A stretch of DNA of 64,000 nucleotides from NCBI GenBank assembly GCA_041657885.1, contig JBBABB010000001.1:267184-331183 (forward strand). The letters run 5' to 3'. Origin of the DNA: Minisyncoccota bacterium. Lineage in GTDB: Bacteria > Patescibacteriota > Minisyncoccia > Phycocordibacterales > UBA9973. Positions 54,752-62,484 of this stretch are shown piece by piece (within the stretch, counting starts at the first letter, position 1; each line of letters starts with the position of its first letter). Under the pieces are notes generated by a model. That model had not been told where the DNA came from. It saw only the letters and a program-made list of their open reading frames with translations, and made no database searches. The position numbers were made by a program, and so were the translations under genes.

Positions 54752-56065
54752 ATGGAGAAGGAAGAAAAGAAAGAACCATTATCACAAGAAGGAGACCTGC
54801 CCGAAATGCACAAGCAGGCGGGAAATTATATTAAAAAGCTTGGCCCAGGAATTATTACTGGAGCAGCCGATGATGACCCCGCTGGAATTGCTACCTATTC
54901 TCAAGCTGGTGCTCAATATGGAACAGGTCTAACTTGGCTTGCTGCTTGGACATATCCCTTTGTAGCTACCGTTCAAGAAATGTGCGCTCGTATTGCTCTC
55001 GTCACCGGACGAGGTTTGGCCGCTAACATAAAACATACCTATTCAAGAGAAATACTTTACGTTTGTACAATTCTTTTATTTTTTGCTAACACATTAAATA
55101 TTGGTGCTGATTTAGGGGCCATGGCAAAAGCAGTCCAGCTACTAGCTCCCGGGGCTTCATTTATTTTTTTAGTTGTGTTTATTGGTATCGTTGGATTATT
55201 TTTAGAAATATTAATTCCCTATAGAAGATATACAAAATATCTCAAATGGTTAGTTATCGCCGTTTTTGCATATATTGCCACTGGATTAATTATCAATATG
55301 GATTGGTCTGTGTTGCTACGAGATGGACTTATTCCACAAATTACATTTTCTAAAACTCAAATTCTTCTCATCACCGGAATATTGGGAACTACCATTTCTC
55401 CATATTTATTTTTCTGGCAAACTTCACAAGAAATAGAAGAGGAAATTTCCGAAGGCAAGACGACTGTTCGCTCACGCAAAGGAACTACCCACGCCGAAAT
55501 TAAAGAAATGCGAGTTGATATTTGGGCTGGAATGTTTTTGTCTAATCTCGTCATGTTCTTTATTATTGCTGTCTGCGCTAATACTCTTTTTGTCAATGGA
55601 ATTACAAACATAAGTACCGCCGCCGATGCTGCTCGTGCACTTCGTCCTCTTGCTGGACAATGGGCATCGTTACTTTTTGCCGTAGGAATTATTGGAACTG
55701 GATTGTTGGCTATTCCAGTACTGGCGGGTTCCGCTGCTTACGCAATTTCTGAAAGTTTTGGATGGAGAGAAGGATTATACCGAAAATTTAAAACAGCTCA
55801 TGCATTTTATGGAGTCATCGCTGTTTCAATTATCATCGGTATTTTAATTAATTTTATTGGCATTGACCCGATTAAAGCGCTCATTTATTCGGCCATTGTA
55901 AACGGAGTTGTTGCTCCAGTAATTCTGATATTCATAGTTAAAATAAGTAGTAGTAAAAAAATAATGGGTGAATTTAAAAATTCCCTGATAATAAAAATAT
56001 TAGGATGGACAGCAACCATATTTATGGGCATTGCCGCAGTTGCTACAATTATTTCCTTGTTCTAA
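54752..56065 (+). CDS. mntH: NRAMP-family divalent metal (Mn2+/Fe2+) transporter
   Basis: The 437 aa protein has about 11 TM helices and an NRAMP signature near the N-terminus (GPGIITGAADDDPAGIATYSQAGAQYG). Confidence 0.7.
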   Translation: MEKEEKKEPLSQEGDLPEMHKQAGNYIKKLGPGIITGAADDDPAGIATYSQAGAQYGTGLTWLAAWTYPFVATVQEMCARIALVTGRGLAANIKHTYSREILYVCTILLFFANTLNIGADLGAMAKAVQLLAPGASFIFLVVFIGIVGLFLEILIPYRRYTKYLKWLVIAVFAYIATGLIINMDWSVLLRDGLIPQITFSKTQILLITGILGTTISPYLFFWQTSQEIEEEISEGKTTVRSRKGTTHAEIKEMRVDIWAGMFLSNLVMFFIIAVCANTLFVNGITNISTAADAARALRPLAGQWASLLFAVGIIGTGLLAIPVLAGSAAYAISESFGWREGLYRKFKTAHAFYGVIAVSIIIGILINFIGIDPIKALIYSAIVNGVVAPVILIFIVKISSSKKIMGEFKNSLIIKILGWTATIFMGIAAVATIISLF

Positions 56066-56084
56066 TAAAAATGTAATTGGGTTT

Positions 56085-56495
56085 TTATCCATGGTTTAGT
56101 TTATTTCGGAATCTCTTATTTTCAAGTTGGCGGATACCTGCTTCACTAAAACCGAAATGATGCCCGACTTCATGCCAGACAACTTCGTAAACTAGCTCCT
56201 TTATTTTTTCTGGGTCGCCTGCGCAAATATTTTCTATCGGTTTCTGAAAGATAGTAATCTTGTCGGGTAGAACATTGAAATACCCTTCCCCCCGCTTCGT
56301 CCGAGGTACACCTTCATAGAGCCCAAGAAGTGTTTGTCTGAGCATTATATTTTTCTCTCTTAATTTTCTGCTTCGAGTCTCGTCTTCCACAAAAAAAGCA
56401 ACATTGTTGATTTTCTTTTTTATGTTATCTGGAAACCTCTTTAGTGCGTCCGCCACCAACTTTTCAAAATCTTCTGTTCTCATATTGTGCCCCAC
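56085..56495 (-). CDS. Zincin-like metallopeptidase (DUF1025/Zincin_1 family)
   Basis: The 136 aa protein has an HExxH motif in VVWHEVGHHFGFSE. Confidence 0.5.
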   Translation of the reverse strand: MGHNMRTEDFEKLVADALKRFPDNIKKKINNVAFFVEDETRSRKLREKNIMLRQTLLGLYEGVPRTKRGEGYFNVLPDKITIFQKPIENICAGDPEKIKELVYEVVWHEVGHHFGFSEAGIRQLENKRFRNKLNHG

Positions 56496-56500
56496 TAATA

Positions 56501-56755
56501 TTACTCTGCCGGGAAAATTGCCAAACCTTCCCCTGCTTTTTGTGAAAGCTTTATTGCTATCTCTTGTCCCTTTTTCCCTGACTGGATTGGCTTATGATCC
56601 AGTTCCATGGAAGTGATTGTCTCCTCAAACTCTTGGCCACCGTGTTTTATTTTTATCTTGTCTCCAACTCGAAGAACTTCATTGAGTTTGACCACAGCTA
56701 CGCTAATCTTGTCGTACCAGTGGGTTATTTTCCCAATTGAATTATTTTTTACCAT
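56501..56755 (-). CDS. Hypothetical small beta-barrel protein (EF-Tu domain-2-like)
   Basis: The 84 aa protein has the G-x-I-x-G ... GD-x-I pattern (IGKITHWYDKISVAVVKLNEVLRVGDKIKIK) of translation-factor beta-barrel domains. Confidence 0.3.
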   Translation of the reverse strand: MVKNNSIGKITHWYDKISVAVVKLNEVLRVGDKIKIKHGGQEFEETITSMELDHKPIQSGKKGQEIAIKLSQKAGEGLAIFPAE

Positions 56756-56858
56756 AAAATTTATATGTTAAATTGTTTTATAAAATCGACTCCTTTTTTC
56801 TCTCTAATACTATAATTGTAATACAAACAACAAAAAAAGAAAACAAGCCAACCAAATA

Positions 56859-56890
56859 ACATTCTCACATTCTTGAGAATGTGAGAATGT
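56859..56890. repeat. Family E perfect palindrome (acattctcacattcttgagaatgtgagaatgt) immediately downstream of the ArsR-family gene
   Basis: It is a 32-bp near-perfect inverted repeat. Related copies lie at 57184-57219, 10723-10754 and 15403-15432. Confidence 0.8.
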
Positions 56891-57171
56891 TAAAATTGGC
56901 TAATAAAAAGACAGAAATTCTTTCCGTAGGGGGAAATAGTATGTTCTACTTTGCGTCCTCTATATGATTTATTTAGCAAACCGGCTTGAACTAGACGTCG
57001 AGTATGTTCAGATATAGTTTTCATATTACAATCCAGACTCTCTGCAATATCTTCTAATGTAATCCCTGAATTTTTAAACACAAGCATTAATATCGCAATA
57101 CGACGATGATTTGCTACTCCCTTAAAATGCCTTTCAAGTTGTTTGGCTGTTTTTAATTTATTTGTTTTCAT
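56890..57171 (-). CDS. ArsR/SmtB-family winged-helix transcriptional regulator
   Basis: The 93 aa protein has an HTH in ANHRRIAILMLVFKNSGITLEDIAESLDCNMKTISEHTRRLVQAGLL followed by a wing (SYRGRKVEHTI). Confidence 0.65.
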   Translation of the reverse strand: MKTNKLKTAKQLERHFKGVANHRRIAILMLVFKNSGITLEDIAESLDCNMKTISEHTRRLVQAGLLNKSYRGRKVEHTISPYGKNFCLFISQF

Positions 57172-57183
57172 ATTTTTATTCTA

Positions 57184-57219
57184 CCACATTCCGACATTCT
57201 TGAGAATGTCGGAATGTGG
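57184..57219. promoter_or_regulatory. Family E 36-bp perfect palindrome (ccacattccgacattcttgagaatgtcggaatgtgg) in the promoter region of the ArsR-family gene; candidate operator
   Basis: It lies between the sppA stop (57234) and the ArsR start (57171). It shares the core ACATTCTTGAGAATGT with three other copies. Confidence 0.5.
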
Positions 57220-57233
57220 TTTAATACTTATTT

Positions 57234-58130
57234 TTACTCCCAGCAAATCTCTAGTTTCTCCCCTATTACTCCTTCGAGATATTTCTCAACTTCATTTATT
57301 CCCCCTATCTCATCTATCAAACCTAGTTCTTTCGCTTTCTCTCCAAGTACTGTTGAACCATCGGCAAATTTTTTGACTTCCTCTATCGGTATTTTACGAT
57401 TATCTGAAACTGCTTTGACGAAATTCTCATAAATAATATTTACATCTCTCATAAACAAATCTTTTTCTTCTTTAGTTAAAGACATATCAGGACTTCCAGA
57501 ATCTTTAAATTTACCTGAACTTAACTGCTCATATGCATATCCCTCTTTTTTATTATTTTCTGCATTATTCAAATAAGACATTGTCACTCCAATACTTCCC
57601 ACATCTGAATTCTTTGATGCCCATATTCTACTTGCGCTACTTATTGACCAATATGCAGACGAAGCTCCTATATCTCTTATGAAAGCAATGACTGGCTTAT
57701 CACTATTTTTAATCGCGTCAGCAATCTCTTCTCCAGCTACAGGTGAACCACCAACTGAATCCACTTCAACTACAATAGCTTTAATATCAGGATTTGCATT
57801 GGCATTTTGTATTGACCAGAGAACGTTTTCACTCGCAACAACATCATAATCAACAGAAGGGTCACCCTCTGCATGCTCCGGTATATACGTCATTACAGTT
57901 CCATGCAAGTTAATACCTGTAACTGTGCAATCCTCATTTATATATTTATCAGAACCATCTGAAAATGAATTATTACCAGAAGGCCAACCAATCACAAAAT
58001 AAAGGATAATTCCCCCAATCCCGATACCTAAAGCAATAATCAATATCCACCTAATAGGTGACACAAGTTTTTTAAAAAATGTTTTAATTTTTTCCAATAT
58101 AATTTTCCCTTTAAATGTCGGCTCGTCCAT
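57234..58130 (-). CDS. sppA: Signal peptide peptidase SppA (S49 family, 36K type)
   Basis: The 298 aa protein has an N-terminal TM segment and an S49 catalytic region (IRDIGASSAYWSISSASRIWASKNSDVGSIGV). Confidence 0.75.
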   Translation of the reverse strand: MDEPTFKGKIILEKIKTFFKKLVSPIRWILIIALGIGIGGIILYFVIGWPSGNNSFSDGSDKYINEDCTVTGINLHGTVMTYIPEHAEGDPSVDYDVVASENVLWSIQNANANPDIKAIVVEVDSVGGSPVAGEEIADAIKNSDKPVIAFIRDIGASSAYWSISSASRIWASKNSDVGSIGVTMSYLNNAENNKKEGYAYEQLSSGKFKDSGSPDMSLTKEEKDLFMRDVNIIYENFVKAVSDNRKIPIEEVKKFADGSTVLGEKAKELGLIDEIGGINEVEKYLEGVIGEKLEICWE

Positions 58131-58226
58131 AAAGTTATACTTTCATCATAAACCTTTTTATAAAAGATGACAAATTATTCCATAATAAGAACTGCTCTTG
58201 TTATACAATGGAGGATATAATTGAAG

Positions 58227-58541
58227 TTATTTTATCATTTTAAAAACGACTTCATCACCATCAAAAAGTGGAGAATATTGTTTTGGTGGATAACCATTGA
58301 TAGTAAACCCTAATTCCCCTGGCTTACAAACTTTCATCATTTTGGGATATTCCATAAAAATACTATTAAGTAAAAACATAAAATTAGCACTAGTACTCAT
58401 CGCTACTTTGTGACCAGAAGTACCTGTTATTTTTTCTAAATTTTTATCAAATATAACATTAATAGAGATAGAACTTGAAAAATTTTTTTCATCTTGAATT
58501 TCAGGCTTATATGATTTTACTTTTTGTATTTTTGTTTTCAT
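58227..58541 (-). CDS. Hypothetical protein
   Basis: The 104 aa ORF overlaps the upstream ORF by 4 nt, which suggests translational coupling. I recognise no family. Confidence 0.35.
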   Translation of the reverse strand: MKTKIQKVKSYKPEIQDEKNFSSSISINVIFDKNLEKITGTSGHKVAMSTSANFMFLLNSIFMEYPKMMKVCKPGELGFTINGYPPKQYSPLFDGDEVVFKMIK

Positions 58542-58753
58542 AAAATTATTCTTTTCTTAATCTCATCTAGCACTTTTAAAAACTCCTCAATGTGATCATG
58601 AAATATGACGATATTATTTTTGATTCGCTCTTCATTTTCTTGCCTAGATTCTGTGATGTGGAGATATTTCTCACCTGATTTAGTCATCCTTATATCAAAA
58701 AAGTATGTCCGACCCCCGGCTTTAATGTTTTTTGAATAAATAGATTCTTGCAT
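58538..58753 (-). CDS. PUR-alpha-like (DUF3276-like) nucleic-acid-binding protein
   Basis: The 71 aa protein has KAGGRTYFFDIRMTKSGEKYLHITESR, which matches the bacterial PUR-like repeat pattern. Confidence 0.35.
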   Translation of the reverse strand: MQESIYSKNIKAGGRTYFFDIRMTKSGEKYLHITESRQENEERIKNNIVIFHDHIEEFLKVLDEIKKRIIL

Positions 58754-58774
58754 AATATTTATTATTTAGTTATT

Positions 58775-59374
58775 TTATTTTTTCCAGATAATATGTCCAT
58801 TAATACTATGCTTTTCATAAGTTTCTAGGATATCGGTACAAAACTTTTCTAATTCCCTATTATTTTCACTTTTTGCTAATTCATATAAACGAATGAACAT
58901 TCTCTTGCCAGTTTCGGTTTGTTTTAAATTTTTCTTAATAAAATTATGTTGTGAGCATAAAATTTGTCCATTTTCAATTGTTGCTTCACCTCCAAGATCT
59001 TTGGGTTTTATATGATCAACATGTAAATCAATACCGTCTTTTTTACCTCTGCCACAAATTACACATTTATATCCATCTCTTTTCAGAATTATCACTTTTT
59101 GAGCAACAGTAAAATCTTCCAATTCTCTTTTGTATGCTTTATCGGGATCATATTTATAAATCCCTTTTGCAATTTTTATTAAAAAACCACTTTGAGATAA
59201 ATGACGAATAGCTCTGTCGGGGTCACGAAAAACATTGCCTGTTCTTTTCAGATAAGTTGATACCACCCAATCAACAACTTCTGGGTGTTTTATATCTCTA
59301 TTTGGATTTTTCTTAAAAAACTCAATAATAAGGTTTTTTTGAATATTATTATTTTTCTTATTGTTTTTTTTCAT
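58775..59374 (-). CDS. HNH endonuclease (candidate restriction endonuclease partner of the adjacent methyltransferase)
   Basis: The 199 aa protein has an HNH/zinc-finger core DGYKCVICGRGKKDGIDLHVDHIKPKDLGGEATIENGQILCSQHN. The N-terminal winged-helix-like domain is K-rich. Confidence 0.65.
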   Translation of the reverse strand: MKKNNKKNNNIQKNLIIEFFKKNPNRDIKHPEVVDWVVSTYLKRTGNVFRDPDRAIRHLSQSGFLIKIAKGIYKYDPDKAYKRELEDFTVAQKVIILKRDGYKCVICGRGKKDGIDLHVDHIKPKDLGGEATIENGQILCSQHNFIKKNLKQTETGKRMFIRLYELAKSENNRELEKFCTDILETYEKHSINGHIIWKK

Positions 59375-59378
59375 AAAA

Positions 59379-60305
59379 TTATTTCAATAAATTTAATTGA
59401 TTAATTTTTGCTTCTTCTTGTAAGCGTTTTATTGCCATATTACAATAATCTTTATCTATATCAATACCAATTCCTTTTCTATTATGTAAATAAGAAGCAA
59501 TAAGAGTTGACCCACTACCTAAAAATGGATCCAATACTATATCACCAATAAAACTAAAAAGTTTTATGCATCGTTTTGGTAATTCAACTGGAAATGGTGC
59601 AGGATGTCCACCTGCCCCCTTTTTACTTTGTCCATTAAATGTCCAAATGCCATTTGTCCAATCCATAAATTCTTTTTTAGTAATATCATTTTCTCTACTA
59701 TTTCCAGTTTTTTTCCAGCTATCTTTATATAAAACTAATATTAGTTCTACTGGTGCAATAACATAAGGAGCAGAGGCAGACATAAAAGAACCCCATGCGG
59801 TACGACGAGATATATTTCCTTCGTTCCAAATAATTGTTGAGTGATATTTCCAGCCAACATCTTTTGCAATTTTTGTAATATCCGCACCAACAGACTTCTG
59901 TCCTCCTTTATTTTTATCAAGTGGAATGTTGAGTAAAAATCGTCCTTCATTTTTAGCTAAATCAAAACATTTTTTAATCCATTTTTGAGTAAATTCTAAA
60001 TAATCTTCATAGGTTAAATTATCACCATTGGAATTATAATGAATGTCAACATTATATGGTGGCGAAGTAATAATCAAATCAACTGAATTGTTTGGAATTG
60101 TGGAAATTTTTAAAATATCATCATTAAAAATTTTTATATTCTTTGTTTCAAAATAAACCCCATCCATTTTTTTTGCAATTGGAACAGAGTATGAGGCCAC
60201 TGAAGTCTCGCGAACTAAATCATTTTTCAAAGATGGTTTTTTATAATATTTCCTGATTATTTTTTGTGTTTTTTTATAAATCTTTTTTTGTTTTTTATTT
60301 TTCAT
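59379..60305 (-). CDS. DNA methyltransferase, beta-class amino-MTase (N4-cytosine or N6-adenine)
   Basis: Motif IV DLIITSPPYN precedes motif I VLDPFLGSGSTLIAS, the beta permutation found in PF01555 N4/N6 methyltransferases. Confidence 0.75.
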   Translation of the reverse strand: MKNKKQKKIYKKTQKIIRKYYKKPSLKNDLVRETSVASYSVPIAKKMDGVYFETKNIKIFNDDILKISTIPNNSVDLIITSPPYNVDIHYNSNGDNLTYEDYLEFTQKWIKKCFDLAKNEGRFLLNIPLDKNKGGQKSVGADITKIAKDVGWKYHSTIIWNEGNISRRTAWGSFMSASAPYVIAPVELILVLYKDSWKKTGNSRENDITKKEFMDWTNGIWTFNGQSKKGAGGHPAPFPVELPKRCIKLFSFIGDIVLDPFLGSGSTLIASYLHNRKGIGIDIDKDYCNMAIKRLQEEAKINQLNLLK

Positions 60306-60342
60306 TAGTCATATTATATCATATTTAAAAGCTTTTTGTATA

Positions 60343-60603
60343 TTACCAACTCTTATACGCATCTTTGCGATGGTGGATTCTAAGGATTAAAATAACGAGT
60401 TCTTTTTTTCTTATTTCATATATAATCCGAAAAGGCCAGGCTCGCATAGAATATTGATTTGGTAATTCACCACTCAATTTCTTCCCAGAAAAAGGATACT
60501 TGAGAATTGCTTCAAGAATTACACGAGCTTTTATACGGTCTGCATCTTCTAAATTAGCGAGTCCTTTTTTTGCTCTTGGTTTTAGAACGAGTATAAACGC
60601 CAT
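60343..60603 (-). CDS. RelE/ParE-family type II toxin
   Basis: The 86 aa protein has WPFRIIYEIRKKELVILILRIHHRKDAYK, which matches the RelE/ParE C-terminal pattern. Confidence 0.6.
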   Translation of the reverse strand: MAFILVLKPRAKKGLANLEDADRIKARVILEAILKYPFSGKKLSGELPNQYSMRAWPFRIIYEIRKKELVILILRIHHRKDAYKSW

Positions 60604-60925
60604 ATTTTCTTTTTGGTTTTTCTGCGACCTTTACTGCCATCCCCCATTCTCTTTTTAAATCATCAAATGTGGACCATTTTTTCCATTCACCAGTACGAAA
60701 TGCTTCATCTGCTTCTGCAATGTCTTTTTTAATATCAGGAAATTCTTCTAAAACAGAAATTGTTTCAATCAATGATTCATATTCCTCGGCAGACATAATA
60801 ACTACCTTTGGTTTGCCACCTTCGGTAATAGTATAAACTCTGTTTGGTATTTGCACTTCTTCGGCAATATCAAATATGCGCTTACGAGCCTCTGTTATTG
60901 AAATTGTTCTTTTTGTATCCATCAT
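60554..60925 (-). CDS. Phd/YefM-family antitoxin (overlaps the toxin start; basic C-terminal extension)
   Basis: The N-terminus ISITEARKRIFDIAEEVQIPNRVYTITEGGKPKVVIMSAEEYESLIETISVLE is Phd/YefM-like. It lies upstream of and overlaps the RelE-like ORF. Confidence 0.6.
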   Translation of the reverse strand: MMDTKRTISITEARKRIFDIAEEVQIPNRVYTITEGGKPKVVIMSAEEYESLIETISVLEEFPDIKKDIAEADEAFRTGEWKKWSTFDDLKREWGMAVKVAEKPKRKYGVYTRSKTKSKKRTR

Positions 60926-60964
60926 ATGTGTACATTATAACGTACATACTTTTTTAAAGCAAGC

Positions 60965-61624
60965 TTATAAAATTTTTGCTTGTTGAAAACTCAAATAGCC
61001 ACTTTTACTTAAAATGATATGATCTATAATATTAATGCCAAGAATTTTACCAGCTTCCACTAAACGCTTTGTAACTTCTTTATCTTCAGGCGAAGGTTCT
61101 AAATCTCCAGATGGATGATTATGTGCAATAATTATACTCGCTGCATGAAAAGATAATGCAGGTTCAAAAACTTCCCGTGGGTGCACAAGACTGGCATTCA
61201 ATGTTCCGATAGAAATAGTCTGACGTTCTATAAGACAATTTTGAGTATCAAGATAAAAAGCAACGAAATTTTCTCTTTGCAATGTACGAATATCCGCGCA
61301 AAAATTCCAAACATCACTCGCAGAAAGAATTTCTGGTTTATTTTCAGTATTTAATCTTTTTCCTAATTCAAGGAGAGCTGTGATTTGTGAAGCTTTTGCA
61401 GAGCCAAGACCTTTTATTTCTAATAAATCCTTGAGAGTTATTTTTTTAATTCCTATTTTTTTTATCTTTACTAAAATTTTCTTTGATAATTCAAGAACAT
61501 TTAACCCTTGAATTCCAGAACCTAAGAGAAGTGCTAAAAGTTCATAATCTTTTAATTTTTCAGAACCATATTTTGCAAGTTTTTCACGGGGTAAATCTAC
61601 TTTTTGTAAATCTTTAATTTTCAT
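60965..61624 (-). CDS. radC: RadC-like JAB/MPN-domain protein (UPF0758)
   Basis: The 219 aa protein has an N-terminal HhH-like region and the JAMM motif HNHPSGDLEPSPED. Confidence 0.75.
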   Translation of the reverse strand: MKIKDLQKVDLPREKLAKYGSEKLKDYELLALLLGSGIQGLNVLELSKKILVKIKKIGIKKITLKDLLEIKGLGSAKASQITALLELGKRLNTENKPEILSASDVWNFCADIRTLQRENFVAFYLDTQNCLIERQTISIGTLNASLVHPREVFEPALSFHAASIIIAHNHPSGDLEPSPEDKEVTKRLVEAGKILGINIIDHIILSKSGYLSFQQAKIL

Positions 61625-61693
61625 AATTAATTCGTAATTACTCTTCCATCATACTCCTTTTTTCTCATCTTCTCAAACCCCCAAAGAAAAAGG

Positions 61694-61726
61694 TCGCATC
61701 CAATCTGATTGGGCGACCTTAATTAG
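61694..61726 (-). terminator. Hairpin plus T-tract (minus strand) ending an ORF-less transcription unit
   Basis: The minus strand reads AAGGTCGCCCAATCAGATTGGATGCGACCTTTTTCTTTGG, an 8-bp outer stem plus inner palindrome followed by T-rich sequence. Confidence 0.45.
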
Positions 61727-62282
61727 CATCTTGAATTTTCATGGGGGAATTTTTTTGTAAAACTTTTAATAATTAAACAAATTTTTCTGCGTATTTTCGG
61801 CAGTGTTTATTGCCACAGCAATAAACGGAATTGTTATTTAAAGACACTTTCCATTTTGCTGATTTTTTACAATCTGGCTTTAAACAAATTTTTTTTCGAC
61901 TTAAACTCCAAGATACTTTTTGAAAAATCAGTCGTTCTTTTGTCATAGTAGTGCGTTTTTAGATTAACGAATTTTGCCTTCATTTTACAATTTATGGAGG
62001 GAGTTGTCAAATTAAACTTTTTGCACAAAATTAAAAGATGAAATTTTTTGTATGCTTCGCATGCAGAATTATTGTGTATCACGAGTTACTAAGTATAGCG
62101 GACCATGAGTACATTTCTCGCCCGCGACTAAAATTAGTGTTGTATGCTTCATATGCTAAATTATTGTGTATCACGAGTTACTAAATTTTTTGCTTCATTA
62201 AATCGCAAAAAACGTAAGTACTCGCGACCCCGGCTCGGTAATTTTTGTACTCAAAAATTATACCTGCGCCTTCCACAGACTA

Positions 62283-62310
62283 AAAATCCCCAAGCAGTTG
62301 GGGATTTTTT
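62283..62310 (-). terminator. Rho-independent terminator immediately after tRNA-Ala
   Basis: aaaaatccccaagcagttggggatttttt is a 10-bp stem with flanking A and T tracts. The outer repeat cacagac...gtctgtg extends it. Confidence 0.6.
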
Positions 62311-62317
62311 ACGTCTG

Positions 62318-62390
62318 TGGACCTTAGCGGACTCGGACCGCTTGCCTCCTCATTGCAAATGAGGCGCTCTACCAGATGAGCTAAAGGCCC
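62318..62390 (-). tRNA. tRNA-Ala (anticodon TGC)
   Basis: The minus-strand read GGGCCTTTAGCTCATCTGGTAGAGCGCCTCATTTGCAATGAGGAGGCAAGCGGTCCGAGTCCGCTAAGGTCCA has a G3:U70 identity pair, anticodon loop TTTGCAA and an unusual T-loop TCCGAGT. Confidence 0.75.
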
Positions 62391-62484
62391 AATGTAAACA
62401 TCTTACCGTATTTTTATTTTTTTGCAATAGTTAGTTTTATACTTTTCAATAAAAAACAAAAGTGATCTCCCTCTTTTTTATATA

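Noticed and set aside
61867-62082. A 71-aa basic ORF on the minus strand within the ORF-less unit
   Set aside because: It is low-complexity, runs through one of the 45-bp direct repeats and lacks a convincing RBS. It is more likely non-coding, though a small basic protein cannot be excluded.
62050-62187. Two 45-bp direct repeats with a roughly 48-bp spacer, considered as a possible minimal CRISPR array
   Set aside because: There are only two copies, the repeat is AT-rich and not palindromic, no cas genes are present in the window, and the region is better explained as an ncRNA or att remnant.
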